Positions 19,917-30,513 of a stretch of DNA of 64,000 bases are shown here, piece by piece (the first letter of the stretch is position 1; every line of letters begins with the position of its first letter). Under the pieces are notes generated by a model. It was not told the DNA's origin. It ran no database searches and saw nothing but the letters and a program-made list of their open reading frames with translations. This DNA comes from Candidatus Nitrospinota bacterium M3_3B_026. GTDB lineage: Bacteria > Nitrospinota_A > UBA7883 > JBPRGF01. The position numbers and the translations under genes are program-made. The DNA is taken from the NCBI GenBank assembly GCA_051418015.1, contig JBPRGF010000033.1:416001-480000 (forward strand), given 5' to 3'.

Positions 19917-21076
19917 GAGGTCGAGGCGCCGCGCGCCCGCTCCACGATATCCGGCAGGACGGCCATGAGATAGTCCACGTCCTCCATCGTGTTCTGCCGC
20001 CCGAGGGATATCCGCAGGCTGCCGTTTATGAACTCGGCGGGGACATCCATGGCCTTGAGGACATGGGAAGGCTCCATGGCGCCGGAGCCGCACGCGGAGC
20101 CGGTTGAAACAAGAACGCCCTCCATATCCAAGTTGATGAAGAGCGCCTCGCCGTCGGCGCCTTTGAAGGATGCGTTCAGCGTCCCCGGCAGGCGCCTTTC
20201 ACCACCGCCGTTCACGCGGACGTCTTTTATGGTCTCGATGATCCTGCGTTCCAGCTCGTCGCGCAGGCTCCTGATCCGCTCCGCCTCGCTTTCAAGCTCC
20301 GCCGCGCCCAGCTCCACCGCCTTGGCAAAACCGATGATCCCCGGCGCGTTCTCCGTCCCGGCGCGAAGGCCGCGTTCATGATGACCGCCATGAAACAGCG
20401 GCTCCACCTTCGTCCCGCTTCGGACGTAGAGCGCCCCGACGCCTTTGGGGCCGTTCACCTTGTGGGACGACAACGAGAGCATGTCGACGCCGAGGTCGTC
20501 GACATTGACAGGTATCTTCATGAACGCCTGCACGGCGTCGGTGTGGACGGCGGCTCCTTTCGTCCGCGCCAGCTCAGCGATCCGCCCCACAGGCTGGATC
20601 ACGCCGGATTCGTTGTTGGCAAGCATTATCGTGACGAGGATCGTGTCGTCATCGACAGCCTCCGCCACCGCCTTCTCGTCAACGGCCCCGGCCCCGGAGA
20701 CGGGAGCTTTTCTGACCGCGATACCGTTATTCTCCAGGTATTCGAGGCTCCCGAAAACGGCGGGATGCTCTATTGCGGACGTGACGATGGCCGGGGACGC
20801 GCCACTTCTGTTGGCCGCGGCGAACCCTTTCACTGCAAGGTTGTCCGCCTCCGTCCCGCCGGAGGTGAAAAAAATCTCCGAAGGCTTAGCGCCGATGGCG
20901 GACGCGATTGTCTCCCGCGCATCGCTTATCCACGCCTTTGCCTCGCGCCCAAGTCGATGGGCGGACGATGGGTTGCCGAAAGACGCCTCGTAAAATGGAA
21001 GCATTGCCTCCAGCGCCTCCGGGCGGACGGGAGTTGTGGCGTTGTTGTCGAGGTAGACAAGCCTGGGGGCCGTCAT
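19913..21076 (-). CDS. Cysteine desulfurase (IscS/NifS group I)
   Basis: YLDNNATT, HTDAVQ, SSHKVNGPKG (PLP Lys), STGSAC catalytic Cys. Confidence 0.93.
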   Translation of the reverse strand: MTAPRLVYLDNNATTPVRPEALEAMLPFYEASFGNPSSAHRLGREAKAWISDARETIASAIGAKPSEIFFTSGGTEADNLAVKGFAAANRSGASPAIVTSAIEHPAVFGSLEYLENNGIAVRKAPVSGAGAVDEKAVAEAVDDDTILVTIMLANNESGVIQPVGRIAELARTKGAAVHTDAVQAFMKIPVNVDDLGVDMLSLSSHKVNGPKGVGALYVRSGTKVEPLFHGGHHERGLRAGTENAPGIIGFAKAVELGAAELESEAERIRSLRDELERRIIETIKDVRVNGGGERRLPGTLNASFKGADGEALFINLDMEGVLVSTGSACGSGAMEPSHVLKAMDVPAEFINGSLRISLGRQNTMEDVDYLMAVLPDIVERARGASTS

Positions 21077-21085
21077 TTCTTCCCT

Positions 21086-22099
21086 TCAGCCGACACGCAA
21101 CTTCGCCAGGATATCCTCCGGGGCAGGGCGCGCGGAGACGGTGAACGCGCTTTCGTCCCCCTTGCGGTGATATTTTATCTCCAAGGGGTCGCCGTTGGTC
21201 CTGTCGCAATACCGCGCCGCGACGGCTCCGGCCAGCTCCACGGACTCGCGGGATAGCTTGCCGCGGGCGACGGAGAGCGGCCCGCGCGCCCGGGCGGGGT
21301 AGAAGATGAAATCCTCAGGCCGGGCCATTCTCTTGAGCTTTTCGTTTTCCTCGTGGTCACGCCCCACGATCAGCTTCAACTCGTCCGTTATTCTGAAATG
21401 CCTCCCCAGGCGAAGGAGCCTTGCGTCCTTGACGGAGGCGGACTCGTCATGGGCGAGCATGTCCTTCATCCTCATTGCGAAGTGGGGGTCCGTGAGCAGG
21501 CATCCGCCGGAGGAGCAGAGATTGTCGGTCATGCCGAACTCTTCCTTGGCGATCTTGATCTGCTCCTTTCGGGAACGGCCGTGGATGGCGAGCATCTTCT
21601 CCCTGTCGATAAGCCCTTCCTTCTCCGGGACAGTCGGCGGCAAAAGCTTCGCGCACAGCGGCCGGACAACCAGGCCGGAAAGACCCGCCTCACGGTCGAT
21701 GAGGTTCATCCTGTCGAGCTTCTGGGACATCCCACGCTGGCCCAGCACCTCGCCGGTGAATATGAACGCCGCGCCCTCCTCATCCATGATCTCCTTCGCG
21801 CGGCGGAAGATCATGATCCTGCAATCCACGCACGGGTTCATATTCTTGCCGTAGCCGTGCTCGGGATTCCTTACGAGGTCTATGTACTCCCTGCCCATGA
21901 ACTCCACCCTGGCGGGGACTCCCAGCTCCTCGGCCAGGCGCGCTGCCTCGTTCTTGCATCCATGGCCCTTGTGAGTGCAGGTGCAGAAGGGGCTCGTGAA
22001 GTTCAGGGCGATTATGTCGAAACCCAGCTTTTTCATTATTCGGGCCGCCAGCGTGCTGTCCAGCCCGCCGGACAGCAGCCCTATAGTCTTTACAGCCAA
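21086..22099 (-). CDS. PP-loop tRNA thiouridylase-like protein (ThiI/MnmA-related, DUF814-type C-terminus)
   Basis: SGGLDS PP-loop, NPCVDCR, GEVLGQR, GGCLLTD, IVGRDHEEN; TTG start. Confidence 0.8.
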   Translation of the reverse strand: MAVKTIGLLSGGLDSTLAARIMKKLGFDIIALNFTSPFCTCTHKGHGCKNEAARLAEELGVPARVEFMGREYIDLVRNPEHGYGKNMNPCVDCRIMIFRRAKEIMDEEGAAFIFTGEVLGQRGMSQKLDRMNLIDREAGLSGLVVRPLCAKLLPPTVPEKEGLIDREKMLAIHGRSRKEQIKIAKEEFGMTDNLCSSGGCLLTDPHFAMRMKDMLAHDESASVKDARLLRLGRHFRITDELKLIVGRDHEENEKLKRMARPEDFIFYPARARGPLSVARGKLSRESVELAGAVAARYCDRTNGDPLEIKYHRKGDESAFTVSARPAPEDILAKLRVG

Positions 22100-22136
22100 T
22101 TCACGCGCCTTTCCTGATATCGGTTTTTCGGCTCTG

Positions 22137-23144
22137 TCAATACAGTATTTCTATGTATGCCTGGGAGCGCAAACGATCAAGCCACGCGTCCTTCTTCTTT
22201 TGGAAGGCCTCTTCTCGCATGAGAGCCATCACCTTCTCCTTCACCTCATCGAAAGGCAGAGGCCTGGGCTCTATCCTGTCCGTGACCTTGATGAGATGGA
22301 AGCCGTAGCGCGTGACCGCAGGGCCCCCCACTTCGCCCGTGTCGAGGGCGAAGGCGGCCTCTTCGAAGGCGGGGACCATGGACCCCCTGGTGAACCAGCC
22401 CAGGTCGCCCCCGTTTTTCGCCGCGCCGTCCTGCGACTCTTTTTTCGCGACCTCGGCGAAGTCGGCTCCGTTTTTTATCCTTTCCAACAGCTCCCTTATT
22501 TTCTGTTTAGCCTTCCTGTAGTTCTTGGGGTCACCTTCCTGTGAGGCCAGCAGGACAATATGGCTTGCGCGGATTTTCTCCTTCGGGGGATCCATGAACA
22601 TCTTCCTGTTCCGCTCATAGTATGCGCGCGCCTCCTCCTCCGTGACGTTCACGCCGGTCACTTCGAGGCTGGAAATCTTGCGGGAGAGCATCTGTTCGCG
22701 CATCTTCTCCCTGTAGTCGTCCATACTCATCCCCTGAGCCTTCAGGGCCTGTTCGAACTGGTCATAGGTTATAGAGTTGCCCTCCAGCACCCTGTCTATG
22801 GCCTGGTCCACCTCGCCTTCTTTCACGGTGACGTTGCTCTCCTTCGCGTAGTGGGCAATCACCTTTTCGTCTACCATGGATGACAGAACGGTCCGCTCCG
22901 AGAGCCTTCCCGGCGGGATGGCCCCCTCGTCCGGGCCGGCGAGCCTTTTTACAAGCTCTATCCTTTTCCTCACGTCGGAAAGGAGTATTATCTCCCCGTT
23001 GACGTTGGCCACCACCCTGTCCACGATTTCCGCGCGCGCCGGGGCGGAAAAGGCCGCCCCCGCGGCGAGGGTCAGGACAAGGACGCGGACAAGACCGCGG
23101 AGTGAATCTTTATCGGCGTTTTTTTCTTCAAAGTCTCCAGCCAT
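22137..23144 (-). CDS. surA: SurA-like periplasmic parvulin PPIase/chaperone
   Basis: Signal peptide, IVDRVVANVNGEIILLSD, ASHIVL...GGDLGWF...YGFHLIKV. Confidence 0.8.
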   Translation of the reverse strand: MAGDFEEKNADKDSLRGLVRVLVLTLAAGAAFSAPARAEIVDRVVANVNGEIILLSDVRKRIELVKRLAGPDEGAIPPGRLSERTVLSSMVDEKVIAHYAKESNVTVKEGEVDQAIDRVLEGNSITYDQFEQALKAQGMSMDDYREKMREQMLSRKISSLEVTGVNVTEEEARAYYERNRKMFMDPPKEKIRASHIVLLASQEGDPKNYRKAKQKIRELLERIKNGADFAEVAKKESQDGAAKNGGDLGWFTRGSMVPAFEEAAFALDTGEVGGPAVTRYGFHLIKVTDRIEPRPLPFDEVKEKVMALMREEAFQKKKDAWLDRLRSQAYIEILY

Positions 23145-24049
23145 TCCTTGAACATCTCCTCCCGTTTAGGCTCCAGCAATATCTTCCTGATCCGCCCGGA
23201 AGCCTCCTCATAACTCATGGTGCGGGAATCCTCCCTCTCCACCACCCTGAAAATGTGGAAGCCGTATATGGATTTTACCACCTCGGATATGTCGCCCGTC
23301 CCGAGATCGAAAACAACGCCTTCCAGTTCCGGCGGAAGGAGCCCCTCGCTGATGAAGCCAAGGTCGCCTCCCTCGGCCGCCTCCGGGCTTTGCGAGACCT
23401 CCCTGGCTGTCTCCGAAAAGTCCGCTCCGTTCAGCAGTTTTTCCCTGACCTGCTCGGCCGTGGTCTCGTCGTGGACCATGATCTGCATCACGTGAGCCCG
23501 CCGGGGCCAGACGAAGCTGTCCGCGTTCTCTTTGTAATATTTTTCCACTTCATCCTTTGTGACCTCAACCTTCGAGTCCACCTCCAACTTCACCAGGGCC
23601 TCGACTTTCATCCTGGTCTCCAGGTATTTTTTCCATTCATCGAAGGTGAAACCGCTCTCCGCCAGGGCTATCCCCAGCCTGGCCTCGTCATACTCGCCGA
23701 GTAGCTCCCTGACTCTCCGCTCCAGAGACTCAGGCGTCACGGTCACATTTTTTTCTTCCGCCTCGATTTCCAGCGCGGCGTTGTTTATCAGGCGTGTGAG
23801 CAACGCCTCCCTGATCCTCTCCTCGCCCTGGTTTTCCATTCCCTTGACGCCGAGCAACGATCTGTACCTGGCGAACTCGGCTTCGAGCTCGCCCAGGGTT
23901 ATCTTCCTCTCGCCTACCTCGGCCACAACCGCTTCGGGGGCGTTTTTTGTCTCCGTCTCGCCTTCCAGGGGCTTTTCGCACCCCTGCGACAGGGCTCCCG
24001 CCGCGGCCAGGGCGGCGATCGCTATCCTTAATACTCTCATATTCCTCAT
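23072..24049 (-). CDS. Parvulin-type PPIase lipoprotein
   Basis: Lipobox-like LSQGC, SurA-N-like region, GGDLGF...YGFHIFRV. Confidence 0.85.
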   Translation of the reverse strand: MRNMRVLRIAIAALAAAGALSQGCEKPLEGETETKNAPEAVVAEVGERKITLGELEAEFARYRSLLGVKGMENQGEERIREALLTRLINNAALEIEAEEKNVTVTPESLERRVRELLGEYDEARLGIALAESGFTFDEWKKYLETRMKVEALVKLEVDSKVEVTKDEVEKYYKENADSFVWPRRAHVMQIMVHDETTAEQVREKLLNGADFSETAREVSQSPEAAEGGDLGFISEGLLPPELEGVVFDLGTGDISEVVKSIYGFHIFRVVEREDSRTMSYEEASGRIRKILLEPKREEMFKEWLETLKKKTPIKIHSAVLSASLS

Positions 24050-24091
24050 AACGGTCAAGACGGGGGATCAACGAAACCCCAATCTTTCATT

Positions 24092-27000
24092 TTAATTCTT
24101 TGCCCCCTCCGCGTCGATACTCACGGCGCCGGCCTCGGCCGAACCTTCAAGCAGATATCCCAGAAATCCGCGGATGGCCCCGTACCTCGCCTTCCAGCAC
24201 GAGCCTTCGACCGTGAACTCCGCCGTCGTTTCCGAGGTGAACTTCAGCCTCCTTCCGAGCTCGTAGGCCGCCGTGACGGCAATATCCGGGCGCAATGGGG
24301 TGGACTTGTCGAAGCTCAGGATCAGCCTGTCCCGGATGACGTCCACCCTCTCCACTTTCAGTCTCTTGCAGAGCGCCCTTATCATCGCCACGGCCAGCAG
24401 CTTCTCCGTCTCCTCCGGCGGAGGGCCGAAGCGGTCTTTCATCTCCGCCTCCAGTTCCCGGACGTCCTCCGGGCCGGAGGCCTCGTTCAAGCGGTTGTAA
24501 AACTCCATGCGCTGGGTCAGGCCGGGGACATACTCCGGCGTGATCCTGCCGTCCAGGCCAAGATTCATGCTCACGTCGAATCGCTCCGGCGGCGCTTCGC
24601 CCTTCAGCTCGCGGATGGCGTCCTGGAGCATCTCGATGTAGGTGTCGAACCCCACCTCGTCGATGTGGCCGGACTGCTCCGATCCGAGCAGGTTGCCCGC
24701 GCCCCGTATCTCCATGTCCCTCGCCGCCAGCCGGAATCCGGAACCCAACTCCGAAAGCTCCTCTATCGCCTTGAGCCTCTTACGGGCGAGATCCTTGACG
24801 GAGGACAGGCCGGGTACCAGCAGGAGGCCGTAGGCCCTGTGCCTGTCCCGCCCCACCCGGCCGCGGAGCTGGTAGAGCTGGGCGAGGCCAAACTGGTCGG
24901 CCCTGTTGATGATTATGGTATTGGCGGAGGGGATATCCAGTCCAGACTCTATGATGGTAGTGCAGACCAGGACGTCGAATCGCCTGTCCAGAAAATAGGT
25001 CATCACCCGCTCCAGCTCCCGCTCCGGCATCTGGCCGTGGGCGGCGGCCACGCGGGCCTCGGGGACGACGTTTTGGACGTACCGGGCCATCTTGTGTATG
25101 GACAGGACCTTGTTGTGGACGAAGAAAACCTGCCCTCCCCTGTCCATCTCCCGCAGGACCGCCTCGCGGATCACATTGTCCGAGAATTTCGTTATGACGG
25201 TCTTTATCGACATCCTGGCCGGCGGCGGCGTCTCTATCACCGACAGGTCGCGTATCCCCAGCATGGCGGTGTGCAATGTCCTGGGGATGGGCGTCGCGCT
25301 GAGCGTGAGGACGTCCACGCCCCGGCTTATGGCCTTCAGCCTCTCCTTGTGGGCGACACCGAAGCGCTGCTCCTCGTCTATTATGACCAACCCGAGGTTT
25401 TTGAACTTCACGTCTCTTTGCAGCAGCCTGTGGGTGCCGATGAGGATATCCACCATGCCGGCGGCGGTCCGCTCCAGGATATCCTTCTGCTCCTTCGCGG
25501 ACTTGAACCTGCTGATGAACTCCACCGAGACGGGAGTGGCCTTGAACCTTTCGGCGAAGGTCTGGTAATGCTGCTGGGCCAGCAGCGTCGTCGGGACAAG
25601 AGCGGTCACCTGCCCGCCGTCGTACACAGCCTTGAAAGCGGCGCGCATGGCGACCTCTGTCTTGCCGTAACCCACGTCACCGCATATCAGCCTGTCCATC
25701 GGCTTCGGGCTCTCCATATCCGCCGCCACGTCCCGGCAGGCGGCAAGCTGGCCCTCCGTCTCCTCGTATTCAAACGAGTCCGCGAACTCACGGTGGAACG
25801 CGCCGTCCGGCGAGCAGGCGCGGCCCTCCTTTATTTCCCGGGCGGCGTGTATCTTGAGGAGCTTTTCCGCCATCTCCATCACGCTCTTTTTCACCCTCGA
25901 CCTGGTTTTTCTCCAGGTCGCGCCGCCCATCTTGTCGAGCTTGGGGTTCTGCCCCCCGCCGCCGTGATATTTCTTGAGCAGGTGTATGTTGTAAAGAGGC
26001 AGGAAGAGCTTCTGGCGGCCGGCGTATTCTATCTCCAGGTACTCGCCGGGCGTGTCGCCTATCGTCATCTCGGCGTTCCCCACGTAGCGGCCCACGCCGT
26101 GGAGGCGGTGCACCACGAGGTCGCCTTCCTTCAGGTCCTCCACGCCCGTCTCGAAGGCCCGCCCGGGACGACGGACCCTGTGGCGGACGGCGGGAGCCTT
26201 GCCGAATATCTCGTCCTCGGTCATCACCGCCCACCTGTCGGAAGGGATCACGAAGCCGGAGGCGAGCTTCCCGGCCGTTATGTAAAGGTTTTCCTCGTAA
26301 ATGTCACGCTGGGGCGAGGTCAGGCTCTCCACCATCCGCTTGAGACCTTCCGCCGTGAGCGTCCCCGCGCCGAGCCCTTCCTCCCGCAAAATCCTGGAGA
26401 GTCTATCGGCCCCTCCCCTGGAAGAGGCGGCCAGGATGACGGTATAGCTTTCGGATATCTTTTCGCGCAGGTCGGAGACGAACGCCCGCATGTCGCCCCC
26501 GTGGCGGGTTGAGGAGCGGGCGGGGATGATGAAGGTTCTTTCGTCACCGTCCTCGACGGCCAACTCGCGCATGGCCAGGAGCCCGCCGCCCGCTATGGCG
26601 CTCTCGAGCCTTTCTTTTTCAAGGAACAGGTTTTCCGGCGGCGGCGCGATCCTCCCCTCATCCCTGGAGACGGCGCGCTCTTCCTCAATCAGGGACTGGA
26701 AAGACTCAAGCTGCTTTTCAATGTTGTCCGGCTCGTCCTGGATTATCGCGGCGGAGGGGGGGAGATAGTCGAAAATGTCCGCCCCATCGGGAAAAAACAG
26801 GGGGTAGAGCGACTCCATCCCATCGAAAAAAACACCTTCCCGCAAAGCCTCTTCGACCTCGGCGAGCTGCCCCTCCGGCGCCCCGTGTTCCCCGGCGCGC
26901 TCTCGCAGGCCCAGGGCCAGCTTGTCCCTTTCCCGGCCATGATAGAAAACTTCCCGGAACGGGAGTACGACCGTTCTGTCCGTTTCCTCCACGGAGCGCT

Positions 27001-27628
27001 GGTTGTCCGGGTTGTAGAACCTAACGGACTCCACCTCGTCTCCGAAAAGCTCTATCCGGACAGGCAGCCGGCCAGCGCCGGAAAAGATGTCGACAATCCC
27101 CCCACGGATGGAGAACTCCCCCCTCTCCGCGGCCACGGGGGCTCTTGTGTATCCCAGGGACACGAGCCGTTCCGCCAGGCGCTCAAGTCTCAGCATGTCG
27201 CCGGTTTTCACCTTCAGCGCGGCCCGGCGCAGAACCTCCGGGGGAACGGTCCTGCGCGCCATGGCCTCCACGGTGGTGACAAGGACGAACCTGTCCGGCG
27301 CCGCCAGCAGTTCCGAAAGCGTCAAAAGCCTCTGGCCGGCGATTTCCGGGTGCGGCGGCGTCTCCTCGTACGGCAGAACCTCCCACTGGGGGTAGTAATA
27401 GACCGGCGCCGCGCCCGTTCCCATGGGCATGAAAAACTTCAGCGTCTCGAAAAACTCCTCCGCCCTCGACGCCTTGTCGACGACCACCACAACGGGCCTT
27501 GCGAGCCTCTCCACGAGCGTCGCCGCGACGAGCCCCTTCGCGGAGGACGCCAATCCGTTTATGGAGACAGGCCCGGCGCTGGCGCCGATTTTTTCAATGA
27601 CTGTTTCCAGCCCGTAAAGTGATATCAT
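24092..27628 (-). CDS. mfd: Transcription-repair coupling factor
   Basis: RGGIVDIF, VHRLHGVGRY CarD-like domain, GDVGYGKTEVA, DEEQRFGV, QLRGRVGR. Confidence 0.98.
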   Translation of the reverse strand: MISLYGLETVIEKIGASAGPVSINGLASSAKGLVAATLVERLARPVVVVVDKASRAEEFFETLKFFMPMGTGAAPVYYYPQWEVLPYEETPPHPEIAGQRLLTLSELLAAPDRFVLVTTVEAMARRTVPPEVLRRAALKVKTGDMLRLERLAERLVSLGYTRAPVAAERGEFSIRGGIVDIFSGAGRLPVRIELFGDEVESVRFYNPDNQRSVEETDRTVVLPFREVFYHGRERDKLALGLRERAGEHGAPEGQLAEVEEALREGVFFDGMESLYPLFFPDGADIFDYLPPSAAIIQDEPDNIEKQLESFQSLIEEERAVSRDEGRIAPPPENLFLEKERLESAIAGGGLLAMRELAVEDGDERTFIIPARSSTRHGGDMRAFVSDLREKISESYTVILAASSRGGADRLSRILREEGLGAGTLTAEGLKRMVESLTSPQRDIYEENLYITAGKLASGFVIPSDRWAVMTEDEIFGKAPAVRHRVRRPGRAFETGVEDLKEGDLVVHRLHGVGRYVGNAEMTIGDTPGEYLEIEYAGRQKLFLPLYNIHLLKKYHGGGGQNPKLDKMGGATWRKTRSRVKKSVMEMAEKLLKIHAAREIKEGRACSPDGAFHREFADSFEYEETEGQLAACRDVAADMESPKPMDRLICGDVGYGKTEVAMRAAFKAVYDGGQVTALVPTTLLAQQHYQTFAERFKATPVSVEFISRFKSAKEQKDILERTAAGMVDILIGTHRLLQRDVKFKNLGLVIIDEEQRFGVAHKERLKAISRGVDVLTLSATPIPRTLHTAMLGIRDLSVIETPPPARMSIKTVITKFSDNVIREAVLREMDRGGQVFFVHNKVLSIHKMARYVQNVVPEARVAAAHGQMPERELERVMTYFLDRRFDVLVCTTIIESGLDIPSANTIIINRADQFGLAQLYQLRGRVGRDRHRAYGLLLVPGLSSVKDLARKRLKAIEELSELGSGFRLAARDMEIRGAGNLLGSEQSGHIDEVGFDTYIEMLQDAIRELKGEAPPERFDVSMNLGLDGRITPEYVPGLTQRMEFYNRLNEASGPEDVRELEAEMKDRFGPPPEETEKLLAVAMIRALCKRLKVERVDVIRDRLILSFDKSTPLRPDIAVTAAYELGRRLKFTSETTAEFTVEGSCWKARYGAIRGFLGYLLEGSAEAGAVSIDAEGAKN

Positions 27629-27805
27629 TCCCCATTGCTATCGTTAATCGTTAAAACCTCCGGACGGAGCTTTGGCCGGGGAGCCAGGCCCGTCCGTCAT
27701 TCCCGGCCGCCACCCGGCGGAACATGTTGCGTTTATTCCTTCCATTATGTTCTAATTTCTTGTTATTGTCAGTTAAAGATGACGCGCCGCGCAAGCGGCG
27801 GGAAA

Positions 27806-27900
27806 AACACATGTTTTCCGATCCTCCACGGCGGCGGGTGCGGCTTTTCTCAAAAAAGGCCGTTCGCCGGGAGGAGATGACGAAAACAGAGGAAACAACT
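27806..27900 (+). ncRNA. rpsB (S2) leader autoregulatory RNA element
   Basis: ACAC followed by nested stems TGTTTTC/GAAAACA, CTCC/GGAG, CGGCG/CGCCG, GGGTG bulge, CGGCTTTT/AAAAGGCCG, then GAGG..AAC, directly before rpsB; matches the known S2-leader architecture. Confidence 0.7.
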
Positions 27901-27923
27901 TGCTGGAAGGAGATTTTCAGACC

Positions 27924-28832
27924 ATGACGGAGCCATCCCCGGACATTTCCATCAGGACTTTAATGGAGGCCGGCGTCCACTTCGGCCACCAGACAAAACG
28001 CTGGAACCCGAAAATGCGAAAGTACATTTTCGGGTCGCGAAACGGCATCAACATTATCAACCTGAGAAAGACCGCCCCCCTTCTCGGCAAGGCGCTGGAG
28101 TTTTCAAAAAAGGTCGCCGCCGACGGAGGCAAGATCCTGTTCATAGGCTCCAAGCCCCAGGGCAAGGAGATCGTGAAGGAGGAGGCGATCCGCTGCGGGA
28201 TGCCGTACGCCACGGAGCGCTGGCTGGGCGGAATGCTCACGAACTTCGAGACCGTCAAGAAAAGCGTCGCCCGCCTGAGAGATCTCGACCAGATGGAAGA
28301 GGACGGCGCCTTCGAGGCATTGTCGAAAAAGGAGTCCGCCAAGCTGCAGAAGGAACGGGGCAAGCTTCTGAAGAACCTCGGCGGTGTGAAAGACATGGAC
28401 CGCCTCCCGGACGCTCTTTACATAGTGGATACCAAGAAAGAGAGCATCGCCCTGAAGGAGGGGCTGAAGCTTGGCATCCCGATAATCGCTATCGTGGACA
28501 CGAACTGCGACCCCGACGGCATAGAATACATCATCCCCGGAAATGACGACGCGGTGAAATCCATCCGGTTGGCGACCTCCGCCATAGCTGGAGCCATCAT
28601 GGAAGGCGTCAACGAGCATGGCATAAGGCAGAAGGCCCTGGCCGAGGAGATGGAGCGGGAGGCCGAAAGGAAGAAGGCCGAGGCAGAGGCCGCCAAAGCC
28701 AAGGCTGAGGCCGAAAAGGCTGCGGCGAAGAAGGAGGCAGAGGCCGAGCCCGTGGCCGCCCCATCCCAGGAAGAACAGCCGGAAGAGCGCAAGGACAAGC
28801 CCGAAGAATCGGAGGGGGAAAAGAAAGAGTAA
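27924..28832 (+). CDS. rpsB: 30S ribosomal protein S2
   Basis: [34 protein letters not shown]; Ala/Glu/Lys-rich tail. Confidence 0.98.
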   Translation: MTEPSPDISIRTLMEAGVHFGHQTKRWNPKMRKYIFGSRNGINIINLRKTAPLLGKALEFSKKVAADGGKILFIGSKPQGKEIVKEEAIRCGMPYATERWLGGMLTNFETVKKSVARLRDLDQMEEDGAFEALSKKESAKLQKERGKLLKNLGGVKDMDRLPDALYIVDTKKESIALKEGLKLGIPIIAIVDTNCDPDGIEYIIPGNDDAVKSIRLATSAIAGAIMEGVNEHGIRQKALAEEMEREAERKKAEAEAAKAKAEAEKAAAKKEAEAEPVAAPSQEEQPEERKDKPEESEGEKKE

Positions 28833-28893
28833 AAAACCCCGAAAAGAGGCTTTTTTGATAACCTTAAGTTGACGGAGGAACCCAGAAGCCGAT

Positions 28894-29790
28894 ATGACCG
28901 TAACCGCTGAGATGGTAAAAGACCTGCGCAAAAAATCCGGCGTGGGAATAATGGAATGTAAAAGCGCCCTGAAAGAGGCCGGCGGCGACATGGACGCCGC
29001 CCTCGATATCCTGCGAAAGAAAGGCGCAGCCAAGGCCGCCAAGAAAGCTGACAGGTCCACCACGGAGGGGGCCATAGGTGGGGCCGTGAAGGGCAATGTC
29101 GCGGCCCTGGTGGAAGTCAGGTGCGAGACGGATTTCGTGGCCCGCAACGAGAATTTTCAAAAGCTTTGCGCGGCGCTGGCCGAGCACGTCGCCGCCACGG
29201 GCCTGGACGAGGACGACGACGCCTTCCTGGCCAGGCAGTACACCGGGGACACATCCAAAACCGTGAACGATCTTGTCACGGAGAAGATACAGGAACTGGG
29301 GGAGAACCTTACGATTGGCCGAAGGGTGAGGCTCGAGCGCTCCGGCGCCGGCGGTTTTGGAATGTACATCCACGCCGGTGGGGGCATGGCCGCCCTGGTG
29401 GAGGTGGACGCCGGCACTGAGGAGGCGGCGGCCTCTCCAGAGTTCGAGGGCGCTCTCAAAGACCTCGCCATGCAGGTGGTGGCCTCCAACCCCATCGCCG
29501 TCGGGCCGGATGACGTTCCGGAGGATGTTCTGGCCAAGGAAAAGGAGATATTTGAGGCCCAGGCTAAAGAGTCCGGCAAACCGGACAAGATAATCCCGAA
29601 GATAGTGGAAGGCCGCGTCAGGAAATTTTACACCGAGGCCTGCCTGCTGGAACAGCCTTTCGTGAAAGACACCGACAAGAGCGTCGGCCAGTGGCTCGGA
29701 GAGACCGGGAAAAAGCTGGGCGCGGAGCTGGCGGTGAGGAGGTTTTCACGGCTCCAGCTGGGAGAGGCGCCTGCGGGGATGAATGAATGA
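28894..29790 (+). CDS. tsf: Elongation factor Ts
   Basis: [23 protein letters not shown]. Confidence 0.98.
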   Translation: MTVTAEMVKDLRKKSGVGIMECKSALKEAGGDMDAALDILRKKGAAKAAKKADRSTTEGAIGGAVKGNVAALVEVRCETDFVARNENFQKLCAALAEHVAATGLDEDDDAFLARQYTGDTSKTVNDLVTEKIQELGENLTIGRRVRLERSGAGGFGMYIHAGGGMAALVEVDAGTEEAAASPEFEGALKDLAMQVVASNPIAVGPDDVPEDVLAKEKEIFEAQAKESGKPDKIIPKIVEGRVRKFYTEACLLEQPFVKDTDKSVGQWLGETGKKLGAELAVRRFSRLQLGEAPAGMNE

Positions 29791-30512
29791 GCGGTCATGA
29801 TCTGCCATATAAAAGAGTTCTTCTCAAAGTCACCGGGGAAGCGTTCGCCGAGGAAGGCTCACAGGGCATAGACGTCGAGGCTCTGCGTCACCTGGCCCTG
29901 GAGATAAAGGACGTGAACACCATGGGCGTCCAGGTGGCCGTAGTGGTGGGGGGTGGAAACATCTTCCGGGGCGCCGTGGCCAGCGAGGCCGGGATAGACC
30001 GTGTAACGGCGGACTACATGGGTATGCTGGGGACGATCATAAACGGCCTGGCCCTGCAGGACGCCCTGGAAAAGGAGAACTGCCAGACCCGGATGCTCAC
30101 CTCCATCGACATCCACCAGCTGGCCGAGCCCTATGTCCGCAGGCGGGCCGTCCGCCACCTGGAGAAAGGCAGGGTGGTGATCTTCGCCGGGGGGACGGGC
30201 AACCCCTATTTCACCACCGACACCACCGCCAGCCTGCGCGCCATGGAGATACAGGCGGACGTGATCCTGAAGGCCACCAAGGTGGACGGAGTGTACGACG
30301 CCGACCCCATGAAGGTCAGCTCCGCCAGGAAGTACAAGGAACTCAAGTTCATCGACGTGTTGAAGAACAACCTGCGGATCATGGACGCCGCGGCCATCTC
30401 CCTTTGCATGGAGAACCAGGTTCCCATAATAGTGTTCAACCTGAACGTGCCCGGGAACATAAGACGGGTGCTGCAGGGAGAAGAGATAGGAACAATAGTG
30501 AGAGGACTGTAA
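29787..30512 (+). CDS. pyrH: UMP kinase
   Basis: [28 protein letters not shown]. Confidence 0.98.
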   Translation: MSGHDLPYKRVLLKVTGEAFAEEGSQGIDVEALRHLALEIKDVNTMGVQVAVVVGGGNIFRGAVASEAGIDRVTADYMGMLGTIINGLALQDALEKENCQTRMLTSIDIHQLAEPYVRRRAVRHLEKGRVVIFAGGTGNPYFTTDTTASLRAMEIQADVILKATKVDGVYDADPMKVSSARKYKELKFIDVLKNNLRIMDAAAISLCMENQVPIIVFNLNVPGNIRRVLQGEEIGTIVRGL

Positions 30513-30513
30513 G

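Noticed and set aside
28831..28857. rpsB-tsf attenuator hairpin
   Set aside because: GC stem too short and mismatched to call
28865..28895. sigma28-like GCCGATA before tsf
   Set aside because: Spacing to TAAG is 19 rather than 15, and it overlaps the SD/start of a housekeeping gene
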